A DNA stretch of 32,000 bases from Acinetobacter wanghuae (GCF_009557235.1 NZ_CP045650.1:210001-242000), one strand, 5' to 3'. Shown: positions 15,574 to 25,373, counted from the first letter of the stretch. Program-made: numbers and translations. The notes: a model not told the origin generated them from the sequence alone.

Positions 15574-16779
15574 TTAGGCACGTTTGCCTTTAGGGAATGG
15601 AACAACATTATTTCTAAGGCTATCTATAAAGTCTGACCACTCCTGCATCATATTAGTTCTGTACTGTAAATGCTGGGCATGATTGTAGGCTTGAGAGACG
15701 GCGTTACCAGTTTTGTGAGCTAACTGAACTTCAATAGCATCATGCATATATCCTTGTTCATGAAGGGTAGTAGATGCTAAACCTCTAAAGCCATGACCTG
15801 TCATCTTGCCTGTATAGCCCATTGTTCGAATGGCACTTAATAGCGCATTATTGCTTAAGGGTTTCGCCGTACTATGGTTGTAAAATACAAATTGCTTATT
15901 TCCAGTAAGAGGTTTTAAGCTTTCTATTAGTGCTATAGCTTGCTTTGATAGTGGAACTATATGTATTAAAGCCATTTTCATTTTGTGCGGCGGGATACGC
16001 CATTCTTGACTATCAAAGTTAATCTCATCCCATTCCATGTTGATGAGTTCAGACGTTCTTACAAAGGTTAGAGTCATCAGTTGCAATGCTGTTTTTACCA
16101 AAATATTGCCATGATACCGATCCATGCGATGTAAGAATGCAGGAAACTCGGATATATCTAATCGAGCCATATTTTTAATTTTTCTTGGTTTTAGAGCTTC
16201 GCTAAGATGTGGGGTAGGATCATGCTCTATTAACCCTTTACGGATTGCATATCTAAAGACACGCCCTGTCAAAGGAATAGAGCGCTTTGCCATCTCTTGA
16301 GCGCCACGACTTTCGATACGTTTGGCGCACTCTAGAATATCTTTCCCTTTAATTTGATCGATAGGTAATTTACCAATGTATGGAAACAGATCTTTCTCAA
16401 ATACAGAAAGGTCTCTAAGGTAGGTCCCTTCCTTGAGAATAGCTTTTCGATCATCCAGCCATTCTAGAGCCAAATTTTGGAATAAAGTGCTTTGATCTAC
16501 TTCAGCTTTACGTTCTTTCTTCTTTTCAGCAGGATCCAATCCACTACTCAAGCATTCCCTAGCTTCTAGGTGCTTTGCTCTAGCTTGGGCAAGACTCATA
16601 AACTCGTAAGAGCCCAAAGTTAAATTTTTCTGTTTCCCATTGAAACGATATGCATAGATCCAAGTCATACGACCAGTGCTGAATACATGGAGCTGAAGAC
16701 CGTTCCCATCACTATATTTATCAGGCGTCTTTTTATCAGGTGTCGGCTTTAAGCGCTTAATCTTGGTATCTGTGAGCAT
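15574..16779 (-). CDS. int: Tyrosine recombinase, P4-type integrase
   Basis: The N-terminus MLTDTKIKRLKP...GLQLHV...G...W.YRF is the DUF4102 arm-binding pattern. The C-terminus has HGFR...LAHK...AYNH catalytic motifs. It lies next to a tRNA. The start was trimmed to the ATG at 16779. Confidence 0.9.
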   Translation of the reverse strand: MLTDTKIKRLKPTPDKKTPDKYSDGNGLQLHVFSTGRMTWIYAYRFNGKQKNLTLGSYEFMSLAQARAKHLEARECLSSGLDPAEKKKERKAEVDQSTLFQNLALEWLDDRKAILKEGTYLRDLSVFEKDLFPYIGKLPIDQIKGKDILECAKRIESRGAQEMAKRSIPLTGRVFRYAIRKGLIEHDPTPHLSEALKPRKIKNMARLDISEFPAFLHRMDRYHGNILVKTALQLMTLTFVRTSELINMEWDEINFDSQEWRIPPHKMKMALIHIVPLSKQAIALIESLKPLTGNKQFVFYNHSTAKPLSNNALLSAIRTMGYTGKMTGHGFRGLASTTLHEQGYMHDAIEVQLAHKTGNAVSQAYNHAQHLQYRTNMMQEWSDFIDSLRNNVVPFPKGKRA

Positions 16780-16780
16780 G

Positions 16781-16860
16781 CTGGTATACCTCAATGTTGG
16801 TATAAACATGTTGGTATCACTGCTATACCAACCCTTATACCAACAATATACCAACGATTG
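16781..16860. promoter_or_regulatory. Cluster of five 8-bp GTTGGTAT/ATACCAAC sites, putative integrase arm-type sites overlapping the int promoter region
   Basis: GTTGGTAT at 16796 and 16810. The inverted form ATACCAAC at 16825, 16837 and 16848. The palindrome GGTATACC lies at 16783-16790. Confidence 0.6.
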
Positions 16861-16891
16861 CAGAAGATTGCACTTCTTTGCTATAGACAAT

Positions 16892-16924
16892 AAAAAAGGC
16901 TTAATCCCTTTAGAATTAAGCCTT
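16892..16924 (-). terminator. Rho-independent terminator downstream of tRNA-Ser, within element DNA
   Basis: On the minus strand: AAGGCTTAAT-TCTAAAGGG-ATTAAGCCTT followed by TTTTATT. Confidence 0.7.
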
Positions 16925-16958
16925 TCTTCACTGCGTTGGATTGCAGTTCTTTCGAATT

Positions 16959-17049
16959 TGGCGGTGAAAGAGGGATTCGAACCCTCGAAACGCTATAAAC
17001 GTTTACACACTTTCCAGGCGTGCTCCTTCAGCCACTCGGACACTTCACC
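16959..17049 (-). tRNA. tRNA-Ser (anticodon GGA), the integration target
   Basis: The reverse complement GGTGAAGTGTCCGAGTGGCTGAAGGAGCACGCCTGGAAAGTGTG...GAGGGTTCGAATCCCTCTTTCACCGCCA folds as a class II tRNA with a long variable arm, anticodon loop CUGGAAA and an encoded CCA. Confidence 0.9.
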
Positions 17050-17167
17050 ATGGCGATGGATGATATAGAAAAAACATAATCCTGCCAAGCTGAAACAATT
17101 GATTTGAAGAAAAACTTTTGGTGTGGTGCTATGATCTGCAAAAATCCGTTTAAAACGAAGACAATAT

Positions 17168-19048
17168 ATGCAAAACACCGCACAAAAGGCAGCTCTCCCA
17201 GTGATTACACTTGCTGCGCTTGGTGTCGTTTTTGGAGACATTGGCACCAGTCCTTTATATGCGCTGCGGCAATGTTTTCTCACCGCACATTTAGCCATTA
17301 GTGAAGCTTCAGTGTTGGGGATTCTGTCACTCATTTTTTGGTGCATTATGCTGACGGTCAGCTTTAAATACGTCACCATTATTATGCGTGCAGACAACAA
17401 TGGTGAAGGCGGGATCATGTCATTGTTAGCACTGAATTTGCGTACCACCCGTATTTCAGATGACAAAAAAATCTTTTTAATTGCCCTCGGCTTTGTGGGA
17501 GCATCATTATTTTTTGGTGATGGGATCATTACGCCTGCCATTTCAGTGCTTTCTGCCATTGAAGGGTTAAGCATTGCCACACCTATTTTTAATCAATGGT
17601 TAGAACCGATATCTATCGGGATTTTGGCAGGTCTGTTTTTAGTTCAGCGCCATGGCACAGGTACGATGGGTAAGCTATTTGGACCTTTGACTTTGGTGTG
17701 GTTCTTGTCCATTGGCTGTCTTGGCTTATGGAGCATTCTGCAAACGCCTGATGTACTCGCCATGATCAATCCCTATTGGGCCTTCCATTTTGTGGTCGAT
17801 CAGCCCTATGTCGCGTTTTTAACCATGGGTGCAGTCATTCTCACCATGACAGGGGGTGAGGCGATCTACGCAGATATGGGGCATTTTGGTCGCTTACCGA
17901 TTCGCTTGGCATGGTTCATTATTGTGCTGCCGTGTTTATTGCTCAATTATGCAGGGCAAGGAGCGCTGTTACTACGTGACTCAGCAGCACTCGCAAATCC
18001 ATTTTATATGCTAATTCCCGAATGGGCATTGTTCCCGATGATTGGACTTGCCACGGCGGCCGCGGTCATTGCTTCACAAGCGGTCATTACCGGCGTATTC
18101 TCAATGGTCAATCAAGCCATTCAACTGCGTTATTTACCGCGTCTCACTGTCAAACATACCTCTGAAGTTGAGCGTGGACAAATTTATTTGCCGTTCATTA
18201 ACTGGATGTTATTTATCTCTGTCGTCATCCTGATTTTATTGTTTAAAAATAGTGCCAACCTTGCCAGTGCTTATGGGGTTGCTGTGACCATGACCATGCT
18301 CTGCGGCACGATTTTAATTTCTATTTTGGCCTATGGTTTTTGGCGTTGGCCGATTTGGAAAGTACTGCTGTTTGCCACACCATTTTTAATCTTAGATTTA
18401 ATTTTTGTGGCATCTACCTCACTCAAAATTGCCTCGGGTGGTTGGGTGCCGATTATGCTAGGCGCAGTATTATTTACGATTTTAATGACATGGAAAGATG
18501 GACGTGCTTTGGTGCTTAAACGCATGGAACAAGATGCATTGCCGATTGATCTGTTTATTAAAAGTGTCTCAATGGGCAGTGAAACTAAATTTGTTCCAGG
18601 TGATGCGATTTTCCTTACAGGGACACCGAATATTGTGCCGCATGCGATGCTGCATAATATTAAGCACAATAAAGTCTTACACGAACGTAATATTTTAGTG
18701 ACAGTCGTAACGCGTGACATTCCCTTTGTTGCAGACGAAGAACGCGTTCAAGTTGAAAAATTAGATCGGCATTTTTATCGTATTACCATGTATTTTGGTT
18801 TTAAAGATCAGCCCAATATTCCTGAAGCGGTGCAAAAGGCCTATGAAGTATGGGATTTTGAATACGATTTAATGCAAATCAGTTTCTTTATTTCGCGTGA
18901 TCGTATTATTCATAGCGTAGGTGACGGTATGGCACCTTGGCGTGAAAAATTATTTATTTCGATGCAGCGTAATACCAGTCCCGTCAGTGACTTCTATCAT
19001 ATTCCGACCAATCGGGTGGTAGAACTCGGTAGTCAGATCGAAATTTAA
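17168..19048 (+). CDS. kup: KUP-family potassium transporter
   Basis: The N-terminal [10 protein letters not shown] signature, a polytopic membrane body and a soluble C-terminal domain of typical length (626 aa). Confidence 0.93.
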   Translation: MQNTAQKAALPVITLAALGVVFGDIGTSPLYALRQCFLTAHLAISEASVLGILSLIFWCIMLTVSFKYVTIIMRADNNGEGGIMSLLALNLRTTRISDDKKIFLIALGFVGASLFFGDGIITPAISVLSAIEGLSIATPIFNQWLEPISIGILAGLFLVQRHGTGTMGKLFGPLTLVWFLSIGCLGLWSILQTPDVLAMINPYWAFHFVVDQPYVAFLTMGAVILTMTGGEAIYADMGHFGRLPIRLAWFIIVLPCLLLNYAGQGALLLRDSAALANPFYMLIPEWALFPMIGLATAAAVIASQAVITGVFSMVNQAIQLRYLPRLTVKHTSEVERGQIYLPFINWMLFISVVILILLFKNSANLASAYGVAVTMTMLCGTILISILAYGFWRWPIWKVLLFATPFLILDLIFVASTSLKIASGGWVPIMLGAVLFTILMTWKDGRALVLKRMEQDALPIDLFIKSVSMGSETKFVPGDAIFLTGTPNIVPHAMLHNIKHNKVLHERNILVTVVTRDIPFVADEERVQVEKLDRHFYRITMYFGFKDQPNIPEAVQKAYEVWDFEYDLMQISFFISRDRIIHSVGDGMAPWREKLFISMQRNTSPVSDFYHIPTNRVVELGSQIEI

Positions 19049-19062
19049 GAAAGAAGGATTTA

Positions 19063-19091
19063 GAAAACCAGAGCTCGTCTCTGGTTTTTTA
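19063..19091 (+). terminator. Rho-independent terminator of kup
   Basis: ACCAGAG-CTCGT-CTCTGGT followed by TTTTTT. Confidence 0.8.
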
Positions 19092-19311
19092 TTGCGAGAA
19101 ATATAATGTTTTATTAGCTATGAAATGAAATACATTTAATGGAAGTACATGACTTGAACAACAGATAAACAATAAATTTGGCTTTAAACGACATAGAATG
19201 ACGTTGGATTGTTTATTTATTCAGCGAATGAAGACTGCACGATATACTTCATATACAGGGCTTGTTAAGCTCATGACAATCGCTGTAGATGTATGAAAGT
19301 AGCTGTAAAAC

Positions 19312-20442
19312 ATGGCAAAGAAGCAACGTAATTCTAAAAATTCAGTTTTTAAATTTTTAAATGAAAATACGGTAAAAATCATTCTTGGTGTGGTGGCATC
19401 AGGGAGTTTTGCCATTGCTTTTGGGCAGGAAAAAATTAGCCAATTGGTTTCAATTGGTTCATCCACTCATTCAAATTGTTTATCACAATTTTATCGTGAT
19501 GTTCCGCCTGTGCTCATGAAAGACAGTCTGAAGAAAGACAGTTATTCATTGTGTTTCAATGGGTTTAATGTGGGCTATTCAGGTGTTTCAAAAACTCCAC
19601 TTTGGGTGGCTGAACTGTTAACGCCGTCTCGTTTAAGTCAAAAAATTCCGCGTGAAGATAACTTTCATGAAGAGCAGCAAGTTCGTGCAGCACATCGTGC
19701 CACTTTAAGTGACTATAAAGCATCAGGTTATGACCGTGGTCACATGGCACCCAATGCGGATATGCCGACTAAAGCTGCCCAATTTGATAGTTTTTCTTTA
19801 GCGAACATGGTGCCACAAGCACCGAAAAATAATCAGCAAGTATGGCGTGAACTCGAAGAAGCAACACGTGCGATTGTGACCAAACAAAAACAAGACGTTT
19901 ATGTGGTGACAGGTCCTGTCTTTGCTTCTAAGAAATTAAAAACCATTGGTAAAGGTGTGATTGTTCCGACCGCAACCTATAAAGCCATTTATCTACCTAA
20001 AACTGGGGCGGCAGGGGTGTATTACGCGGACAATAGCTTAAAAGATACCGCACCTAAAGTTCAGCTGATGAGTATTTGTGCTTTAGAAGATTTAATTAAT
20101 ATTAATGTCTTCCCGCAACTGACAGAGGAACAAAAACGCAATACCTATAAATTGCCTTTAAAAGCCAGTGAAGTAAAAGCCAATCAGAAGATTGCGTATG
20201 CAAGTTGGGATGCAGAAAGCCAGTGTGCAGAAGATGTCTCTAAAGAAACCTTACAAGCCTTACAAAGTGAGTTTAAGCCATCAGCTAGTAGCGTCGCTGC
20301 CGATGCCGCTCCTCAGGTCAGTACCAAGACTGAAAATAGTGAATCAATCGATACAGCACCTGCAGATTCTTCAGCTCAAAATGCCATCATTAAACAATTG
20401 TTAGATGCGCTGTTGCAGTATATTTTGCAGCTGTTTAAATAG
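19312..20442 (+). CDS. DNA/RNA non-specific endonuclease (Serratia NucA/EndoG family) with an N-terminal membrane anchor or signal and a low-complexity C-terminal tail
   Basis: The SGYDRGHMAPNAD active-site motif (DRGH) and downstream N..VPQ...N residues. The hydrophobic segment is VKIILGVVASGSFAIAFG. Confidence 0.88.
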   Translation: MAKKQRNSKNSVFKFLNENTVKIILGVVASGSFAIAFGQEKISQLVSIGSSTHSNCLSQFYRDVPPVLMKDSLKKDSYSLCFNGFNVGYSGVSKTPLWVAELLTPSRLSQKIPREDNFHEEQQVRAAHRATLSDYKASGYDRGHMAPNADMPTKAAQFDSFSLANMVPQAPKNNQQVWRELEEATRAIVTKQKQDVYVVTGPVFASKKLKTIGKGVIVPTATYKAIYLPKTGAAGVYYADNSLKDTAPKVQLMSICALEDLININVFPQLTEEQKRNTYKLPLKASEVKANQKIAYASWDAESQCAEDVSKETLQALQSEFKPSASSVAADAAPQVSTKTENSESIDTAPADSSAQNAIIKQLLDALLQYILQLFK

Positions 20443-20454
20443 ACTTGTTGCATG

Positions 20455-20485
20455 GGATCACCTTCATGTAGGATGAAGGTGATCC
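20455..20485. repeat. Perfect 13-bp inverted repeat immediately after the nuclease gene
   Basis: GGATCACCTTCAT-GTAGG-ATGAAGGTGATCC, with no T-tract after it. Confidence 0.85.
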
Positions 20486-20505
20486 GCTTATCTAAAACAA
20501 TAAAT

Positions 20506-20763
20506 ATGAGTATCAGACCGATGTTTAAAGCTTTTGAAAATGGTACAGAATCACATTCAATTCACGATTTAACCCTTGAGAACGACGTAGATCGCATCAA
20601 TATTTATGGCAATTTACAAATTACCAAAGACAAGATCGGTTTAGCTGCCGCAAAAGCCTTACAAGCGGCTTTGAATGATATTGTGCAACAGTTAGAAGCC
20701 AGTGAATTACAAGAAAAGTTAGAGCGTGAGGATGCGGACGAAATTGAAAATCCATTTCTATAA
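20506..20763 (+). CDS. Small acidic hypothetical protein (85 aa)
   Basis: The start was moved to the ATG at 20506, because the track start at 20452 would translate through both arms of the hairpin. No clear SD. A strong terminator follows. Confidence 0.55.
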   Translation: MSIRPMFKAFENGTESHSIHDLTLENDVDRINIYGNLQITKDKIGLAAAKALQAALNDIVQQLEASELQEKLEREDADEIENPFL

Positions 20764-20790
20764 AAGCGCTAAAAGAATGCTCTAAATTAT

Positions 20791-20820
20791 AAAAAAGCTC
20801 ACATTATGGTGAGCTTTTTT
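20791..20820. terminator. Bidirectional rho-independent terminator between convergent genes
   Basis: AAAAAAGCTCAC-ATTATG-GTGAGCTTTTTT. Confidence 0.8.
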
Positions 20821-20873
20821 GATGGTGTTTTAAATACGTTTGGTCATTAGTAATTTTTTAATTTTAAATCGTC

Positions 20874-21881
20874 TTAAGATACGGGACCTTTTTCATTTTT
20901 CCACTGCTGAGGTGTCATTTTGGTCCATTGCTTAAAAGCACGCTGAAATGCACTTTGCTCTGAATAGCCCAGTAATAAGGCAATCTCTTGTAAGCTTAAA
21001 TGCGGATCTTTCAAGTATTCGGTGGCCATCATACAGCGGATTTCTTGCATCCGTTGTTGATAGGTTTTACCTTGCTGCTGTAAATGCCGCTGTAACTGAC
21101 GTACCGACATATTCATTTTTTGCGCCACGTGTTCGATTTGAAAACTATTGTTTTGTAGCCCAGCTAAAATGGTTTGTTGTAAACGATAGTCAGCGGGATT
21201 GGTATTGGGTAATTTTTCTAGCAGGGCTTCAGCTTGTTGCTTGAGGATGTGCTGTAAGGTTTGATCGCCTTTTTTTAAAGGTCGATTCAGTTCCGATACG
21301 GCCATTAAAACTTGTGTTTTTGCCTGACCAAAACGGACTTTACAGCGAAAATACTGCTCATATAGCATCACATTCTTGGTGACTGAATGCTCAAAATGCA
21401 CTTCATGCAGGCGAATATTTTCAATATCTAAAATCGATTTTAAAAACTCCATCATGAGGGCAATCGCGATTTCATCCGTAATTTGTGCACCTAGGTTATA
21501 AGGGACTTTATCCCATGCGATCGATAATAATTCACCATCAACGTTAATCTGTAGCGGTATACCGTCATAGACTAAACGATGATAATCATGATATCGCCTG
21601 AGTGCATCAGCAAGCGTTTCACAAGACAATACCAAATAAGCCAAAATGCCCAAATGTTTGGGTTCAACCAATGCGGCAATCTCAAGCCCTAGAGCAGGAC
21701 GTTGTAATTGTTGATGAAGACTCGTCAGTAACTCCCGCCAAATCATAAAATCAAAGCGTTCAAGATCTTGAATATCTAATAATTTTTGAGGAGGAACTAA
21801 ATTTTGATGCTGATAATAGGTCAGTAATAATTGTCCTAAACCACCATAAATAGAACCGACATGGTCATTGCTCACGTACAT
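20874..21881 (-). CDS. AraC-family transcriptional regulator
   Basis: A C-terminal double HTH (...LLGYSEQSAFQRAFKQWTKMTPQQW) with an N-terminal ligand-type domain. Divergent from the gene at 21990. Confidence 0.88.
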   Translation of the reverse strand: MYVSNDHVGSIYGGLGQLLLTYYQHQNLVPPQKLLDIQDLERFDFMIWRELLTSLHQQLQRPALGLEIAALVEPKHLGILAYLVLSCETLADALRRYHDYHRLVYDGIPLQINVDGELLSIAWDKVPYNLGAQITDEIAIALMMEFLKSILDIENIRLHEVHFEHSVTKNVMLYEQYFRCKVRFGQAKTQVLMAVSELNRPLKKGDQTLQHILKQQAEALLEKLPNTNPADYRLQQTILAGLQNNSFQIEHVAQKMNMSVRQLQRHLQQQGKTYQQRMQEIRCMMATEYLKDPHLSLQEIALLLGYSEQSAFQRAFKQWTKMTPQQWKNEKGPVS

Positions 21882-21989
21882 TTATGATTCTTTTATTTTG
21901 TCGTATTTTGTCAATCATATTGATTTTTTTGGTCAAGATCTAGTCTTGTGCATTGCTTATAGTGAAATAAGTCATGAAAGGATCAATCC

Positions 21990-22607
21990 ATGTTAAAGGG
22001 TTTTATTGCAGGGCTTATTGTTGCCAACGGTTTTGAATGGTTTGCACATAAATATGTGTTACATGGTGTGCATCGTCAGGGGAAAACACGGTTTAGTCCT
22101 GTGCCGACCAGTATGCGTTCACATTGGGAACATCATCGTATTGTCCGAAAAGTAGGGTTTTCTGATCATGGGTATGTAGAAGGGATCAAGAATTGGCGAA
22201 CGCGGAATGAAATTGGCTCGCTTGTAGTTGTTGCGACAGTGTTTGGAGTTGGCTTTTATCCTATTTCAAAGGGTATGACTTTAGCCACACTTTATAGTGC
22301 TTGTAACTATTATTATATCCATCGTCGGGCGCATTTAGAGCCAGAATGGGCAATGAAAAAAATCCCATGGCATTATGATCATCATATGAATAGTCATCAG
22401 GATGCTAATTGGTGCGTGACTAAACCGTGGTTTGATTATGTATTGGGGACACGCATTATTTCCTCTCCAGCCTTACAAGAATCGAATCCTTTGGGCATAG
22501 CTTTACCACAAGCGTTATCAACCCGTTTAACACGCTGGGCGGATCAGATTTTCCCTGCAAAATGGATCAATGACGATACTAAAAAGCTTTCTAAAATAGA
22601 CATATAA
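21990..22607 (+). CDS. Fatty-acid hydroxylase / sterol desaturase superfamily membrane protein
   Basis: Histidine boxes HWEHH, HRRAH and HYDHH in a hydrophobic protein. AGGA RBS. Confidence 0.7.
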   Translation: MLKGFIAGLIVANGFEWFAHKYVLHGVHRQGKTRFSPVPTSMRSHWEHHRIVRKVGFSDHGYVEGIKNWRTRNEIGSLVVVATVFGVGFYPISKGMTLATLYSACNYYYIHRRAHLEPEWAMKKIPWHYDHHMNSHQDANWCVTKPWFDYVLGTRIISSPALQESNPLGIALPQALSTRLTRWADQIFPAKWINDDTKKLSKIDI

Positions 22608-22790
22608 ACGCAGCTTAAAGTCACTTTGTCGTGATTTGTCAAAGAAATACGGATTATTGTCAATATTATGGTTATTTTTTATCCTATATTGCATAGGTCG
22701 TGAATATTTAGTCATTTCTCGATTGTAGTCATCACAGGGTTTAAAAGCTATTGCATACCAAGCGCTGTTATTTTTTCTTGGTTTTGATAG

Positions 22791-22814
22791 GGAGTCGAAA
22801 GACTCCTTTTTTTT
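22791..22814 (+). terminator. Rho-independent terminator
   Basis: GGAGTC-GAAA-GACTCC followed by TTTTTTTT. Confidence 0.75.
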
Positions 22815-22830
22815 ATCCTTAATTTTTGCA

Positions 22831-22860
22831 AAAAAAAGAGTGCCAAAGCACTCTCTTTTG
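22831..22860 (-). terminator. Rho-independent terminator of hisF
   Basis: On the minus strand: AGAGTGC-TTTG-GCACTCT followed by TTTTTTT. Confidence 0.8.
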
Positions 22861-22874
22861 AAAACGGTCTTTAA

Positions 22875-23633
22875 TTAAAGACGCATTTCAATACCTTGTT
22901 CGGCTAAGTATTTTTTCGCTTCTGGAATGGTATGCTGACCAAAGTGGAAGATTGATGCAGCCAACACCGCATCTGCACCACCTTGTATAATCCCATCTGC
23001 TAAGTGTTGTAAGTTACCTACACCACCTGAAGCAATCGTTGGAATGGTCACGCGGTCATTGATGGCACGCATCAGCGCTAGGTCATAACCTGCTTTGGTA
23101 CCATCGGCATCCATCGAAGTGACAAGCAATTCACCTGCACCGAAGTCTGCCATTTTGACTGCCCACTCAATCGCATCAATACCTGTTTCTTTACGACCGC
23201 CGTGGGTGAAAATTTCCCATTTATTCTCACCGGTTTTTTTGGCATCAATCGCAACCACGATACACTGCGCACCAAAACGTTGCGACGCTTCTTGCACGAA
23301 TTCAGGGTTATAAATGGCAGCCGAGTTAATCGAAACTTTGTCTGCACCGGCGTTTAAAAGTAGGCGAATATCCTCAACTTTACGGACACCACCACCGACT
23401 GTTAACGGTACGAAGACTGATTCAGCCATACGCTCTACAGTGCGGTAAGTCGTGTCGCGTCCATGATGTGTAGCGGTAATATCAAGGAACGTAATTTCAT
23501 CGGCACCTTGTTCGTTATAACGACGTGCAACCTCAACCGGGTCACCTGCATCACGAATATCAAGGAATTGAACACCCTTCACCACACGACCATTGTCAAC
23601 GTCGAGGCAAGGAATAATACGTTTAGCTAGCAT
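22875..23633 (-). CDS. hisF: Imidazole glycerol phosphate synthase, cyclase subunit
   Basis: [23 protein letters not shown]... is the canonical HisF N-terminus. The start is taken at the ATG at 23633 rather than the upstream TTG. Confidence 0.95.
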   Translation of the reverse strand: MLAKRIIPCLDVDNGRVVKGVQFLDIRDAGDPVEVARRYNEQGADEITFLDITATHHGRDTTYRTVERMAESVFVPLTVGGGVRKVEDIRLLLNAGADKVSINSAAIYNPEFVQEASQRFGAQCIVVAIDAKKTGENKWEIFTHGGRKETGIDAIEWAVKMADFGAGELLVTSMDADGTKAGYDLALMRAINDRVTIPTIASGGVGNLQHLADGIIQGGADAVLAASIFHFGQHTIPEAKKYLAEQGIEMRL

Positions 23634-23746
23634 AAATTTTTCCAATTATTACAGCCGATTATGAAACTCACCCACGCAAGCGCTACACCTTGGCAGATGG
23701 AAACGGTATTCTAGCAAAATTATGTAAGTTTTTTCGCAGGTTTTCT

Positions 23747-24694
23747 ATGTCGGTTTATACCACTTTGTCTTTAAAGGAAGTTCAGGATTTTGCAGCGCCC
23801 TATGGTTTAAAGGCGATTGATCTGATTCCCATTCAAGGCGGTATTCAAAATACCAACTACTTTTTAGTCTGTGAAGATGCACAATATGTCCTGACTGTTT
23901 TTGAAGATATGGACGAGCAAGCCGCAGGGGAACTCGTCCCTGTGCTAGAGCGTTTAGGTGAGGCAGGCGTGGCTGTGCCTGTACCTTTGTCACATTCAGG
24001 TAAAGCCATTCACAGTATTAAAAATAAGCCTGCGCAAATCGCACCGCGCATGATGGGAGACCATCCCATGCCATCGACCCTAGCGCAAGCTGAAGCAATT
24101 GCCGTGGCACAAGCAAAAATGCATGTCGCATTACAGGACTTTAAACTTGAACGTAATTTCGTACGTGACCATGCTTATTGGTATGGCGTGGCGCAAGAAA
24201 TTAAACCAAGTTTGAACGATGCTGATAAAGCTCTGCTCAGCAAATTATTGGGCTTATATGAAGCATTAACGGCTGTTTATCATGATCGTCCTCGTGGTTT
24301 TATCCATTCCGATTTATTCCGTGACAATACCTTATTTGATGGTGATCAACTCAATGGCATTCTCGATTTTTATGAGATGAACCATGATGAATTGTTATTT
24401 GATATTGCCATTACCTTAAATGACTTCTGCACCGAATATCCTGATGTCACTTTAAATGAGCAAAAGGCTGTTGCCTTCCTTAATGCCTATGAAACTGTAC
24501 GTCCTTTAACTGCGGACGAAAAATCATGCCTAGAGTTATATTTGGCGATGGCAGCAGGGCGTTTTTGGATGATGCGTTTACAAGTGGCACAGCGTAATGC
24601 TCAATTGGGTCGTACGGGCGATGATATTTTGCAAAAAAATCCAATCGAGATGCGTAATATGTTGATTGAGCGTTTAAAATTCGTCACAGCTTAA
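23747..24694 (+). CDS. thrB: Homoserine kinase, Pseudomonas-type (APH-fold ThrB)
   Basis: MSVYTTLSLKEVQDFAAPYGL...GIQNTNYF...HSDLFRDN is the type II ThrB pattern, about 315 aa from the ATG at 23747. Confidence 0.85.
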   Translation: MSVYTTLSLKEVQDFAAPYGLKAIDLIPIQGGIQNTNYFLVCEDAQYVLTVFEDMDEQAAGELVPVLERLGEAGVAVPVPLSHSGKAIHSIKNKPAQIAPRMMGDHPMPSTLAQAEAIAVAQAKMHVALQDFKLERNFVRDHAYWYGVAQEIKPSLNDADKALLSKLLGLYEALTAVYHDRPRGFIHSDLFRDNTLFDGDQLNGILDFYEMNHDELLFDIAITLNDFCTEYPDVTLNEQKAVAFLNAYETVRPLTADEKSCLELYLAMAAGRFWMMRLQVAQRNAQLGRTGDDILQKNPIEMRNMLIERLKFVTA

Positions 24695-24728
24695 TCAATT
24701 CAATTTTAAAAATATAAGGATAGGGAAG

Positions 24729-25352
24729 ATGCGCGATCAGGGACGTTTGGTGGAATGGTTTGATGACAAAGGCTATGGCTTTATTCAACCGAATGATCAG
24801 GCGAAAGATCGCGTATTTCTGCATATTAAGGACTTTGCAAAGCAAGGTCCGCGTCCAATTGTAGGCTGTGCCTTAGATTACACCGTGATTTTAGATGAAC
24901 GTGGTCGTTATAAAGCACAGCAGGTGATGTATCTGAAAGCATCACAAACCAAAACAGCGCACAAAAAGAAACCGAGCTATGCGCAGCAAAAAGCCAAGCT
25001 ACAACCGATGCAAATACTCTGTGTGGTGTATATCCTGTTCTTAGCGGCATTTACCTTAGGCGGTTTACTGAATGGTATGGTGTTACTGTTCATCAGTATT
25101 ATGAATGCCATGAGTTATTGGTTTTATGCCCAAGATAAAGAGGCTGCACAACTCGGTAACCGCCGTGTGCCAGAAAACACCTTACATCTATTATCGTTTT
25201 TAGGTGGTTGGCCTGCGGCATGGTTGGCTCAGCAAAAACTGCGACATAAAACACAAAAACAACCGTTCCGTCAGATATATTTTTGTACTATAGCCTTTAA
25301 TATCATACTTATTATAGGGTTAATTTCACCTTTAAACCCTTTTCAATTTTAA
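24729..25352 (+). CDS. Cold-shock-domain / DUF1294-type membrane protein
   Basis: The N-terminus GRLVEWFDDKGYGFIQP is a CSD-like motif. The C-terminal hydrophobic half resembles DUF1294. Confidence 0.75.
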   Translation: MRDQGRLVEWFDDKGYGFIQPNDQAKDRVFLHIKDFAKQGPRPIVGCALDYTVILDERGRYKAQQVMYLKASQTKTAHKKKPSYAQQKAKLQPMQILCVVYILFLAAFTLGGLLNGMVLLFISIMNAMSYWFYAQDKEAAQLGNRRVPENTLHLLSFLGGWPAAWLAQQKLRHKTQKQPFRQIYFCTIAFNIILIIGLISPLNPFQF

Positions 25353-25373
25353 GGTGAACTAATAGGAGCGTAC

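Larger units (their letters stand above)
1..16958. mobile_element. Prophage-like integrative element inserted at tRNA-Ser(GGA). It is partial and continues past the left window edge.
   Basis: A P4-type tyrosine integrase sits next to the tRNA 3' end. AlpA, Rha, O-like and DnaB genes and SLT-domain virion proteins are present. No second att copy was found in the window. Confidence 0.85.

Noticed and set aside
15430-16890. N-terminal extensions in the ORF track for int (from 16890), dnaB (11450), hisF (23645), thrB (23690), hisB (31005), the EamA transporter (26808), alpA (14127) and the 416-aa gene (15513)
   Set aside because: The internal start codons give canonical family N-termini and/or better RBS or overlap context. 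The extensions run into upstream genes or regulatory DNA.
16993-17580. A 195-aa minus-strand ORF
   Set aside because: It runs antisense to the well-supported kup gene and overlaps the tRNA-Ser gene, and its composition is not protein-like.
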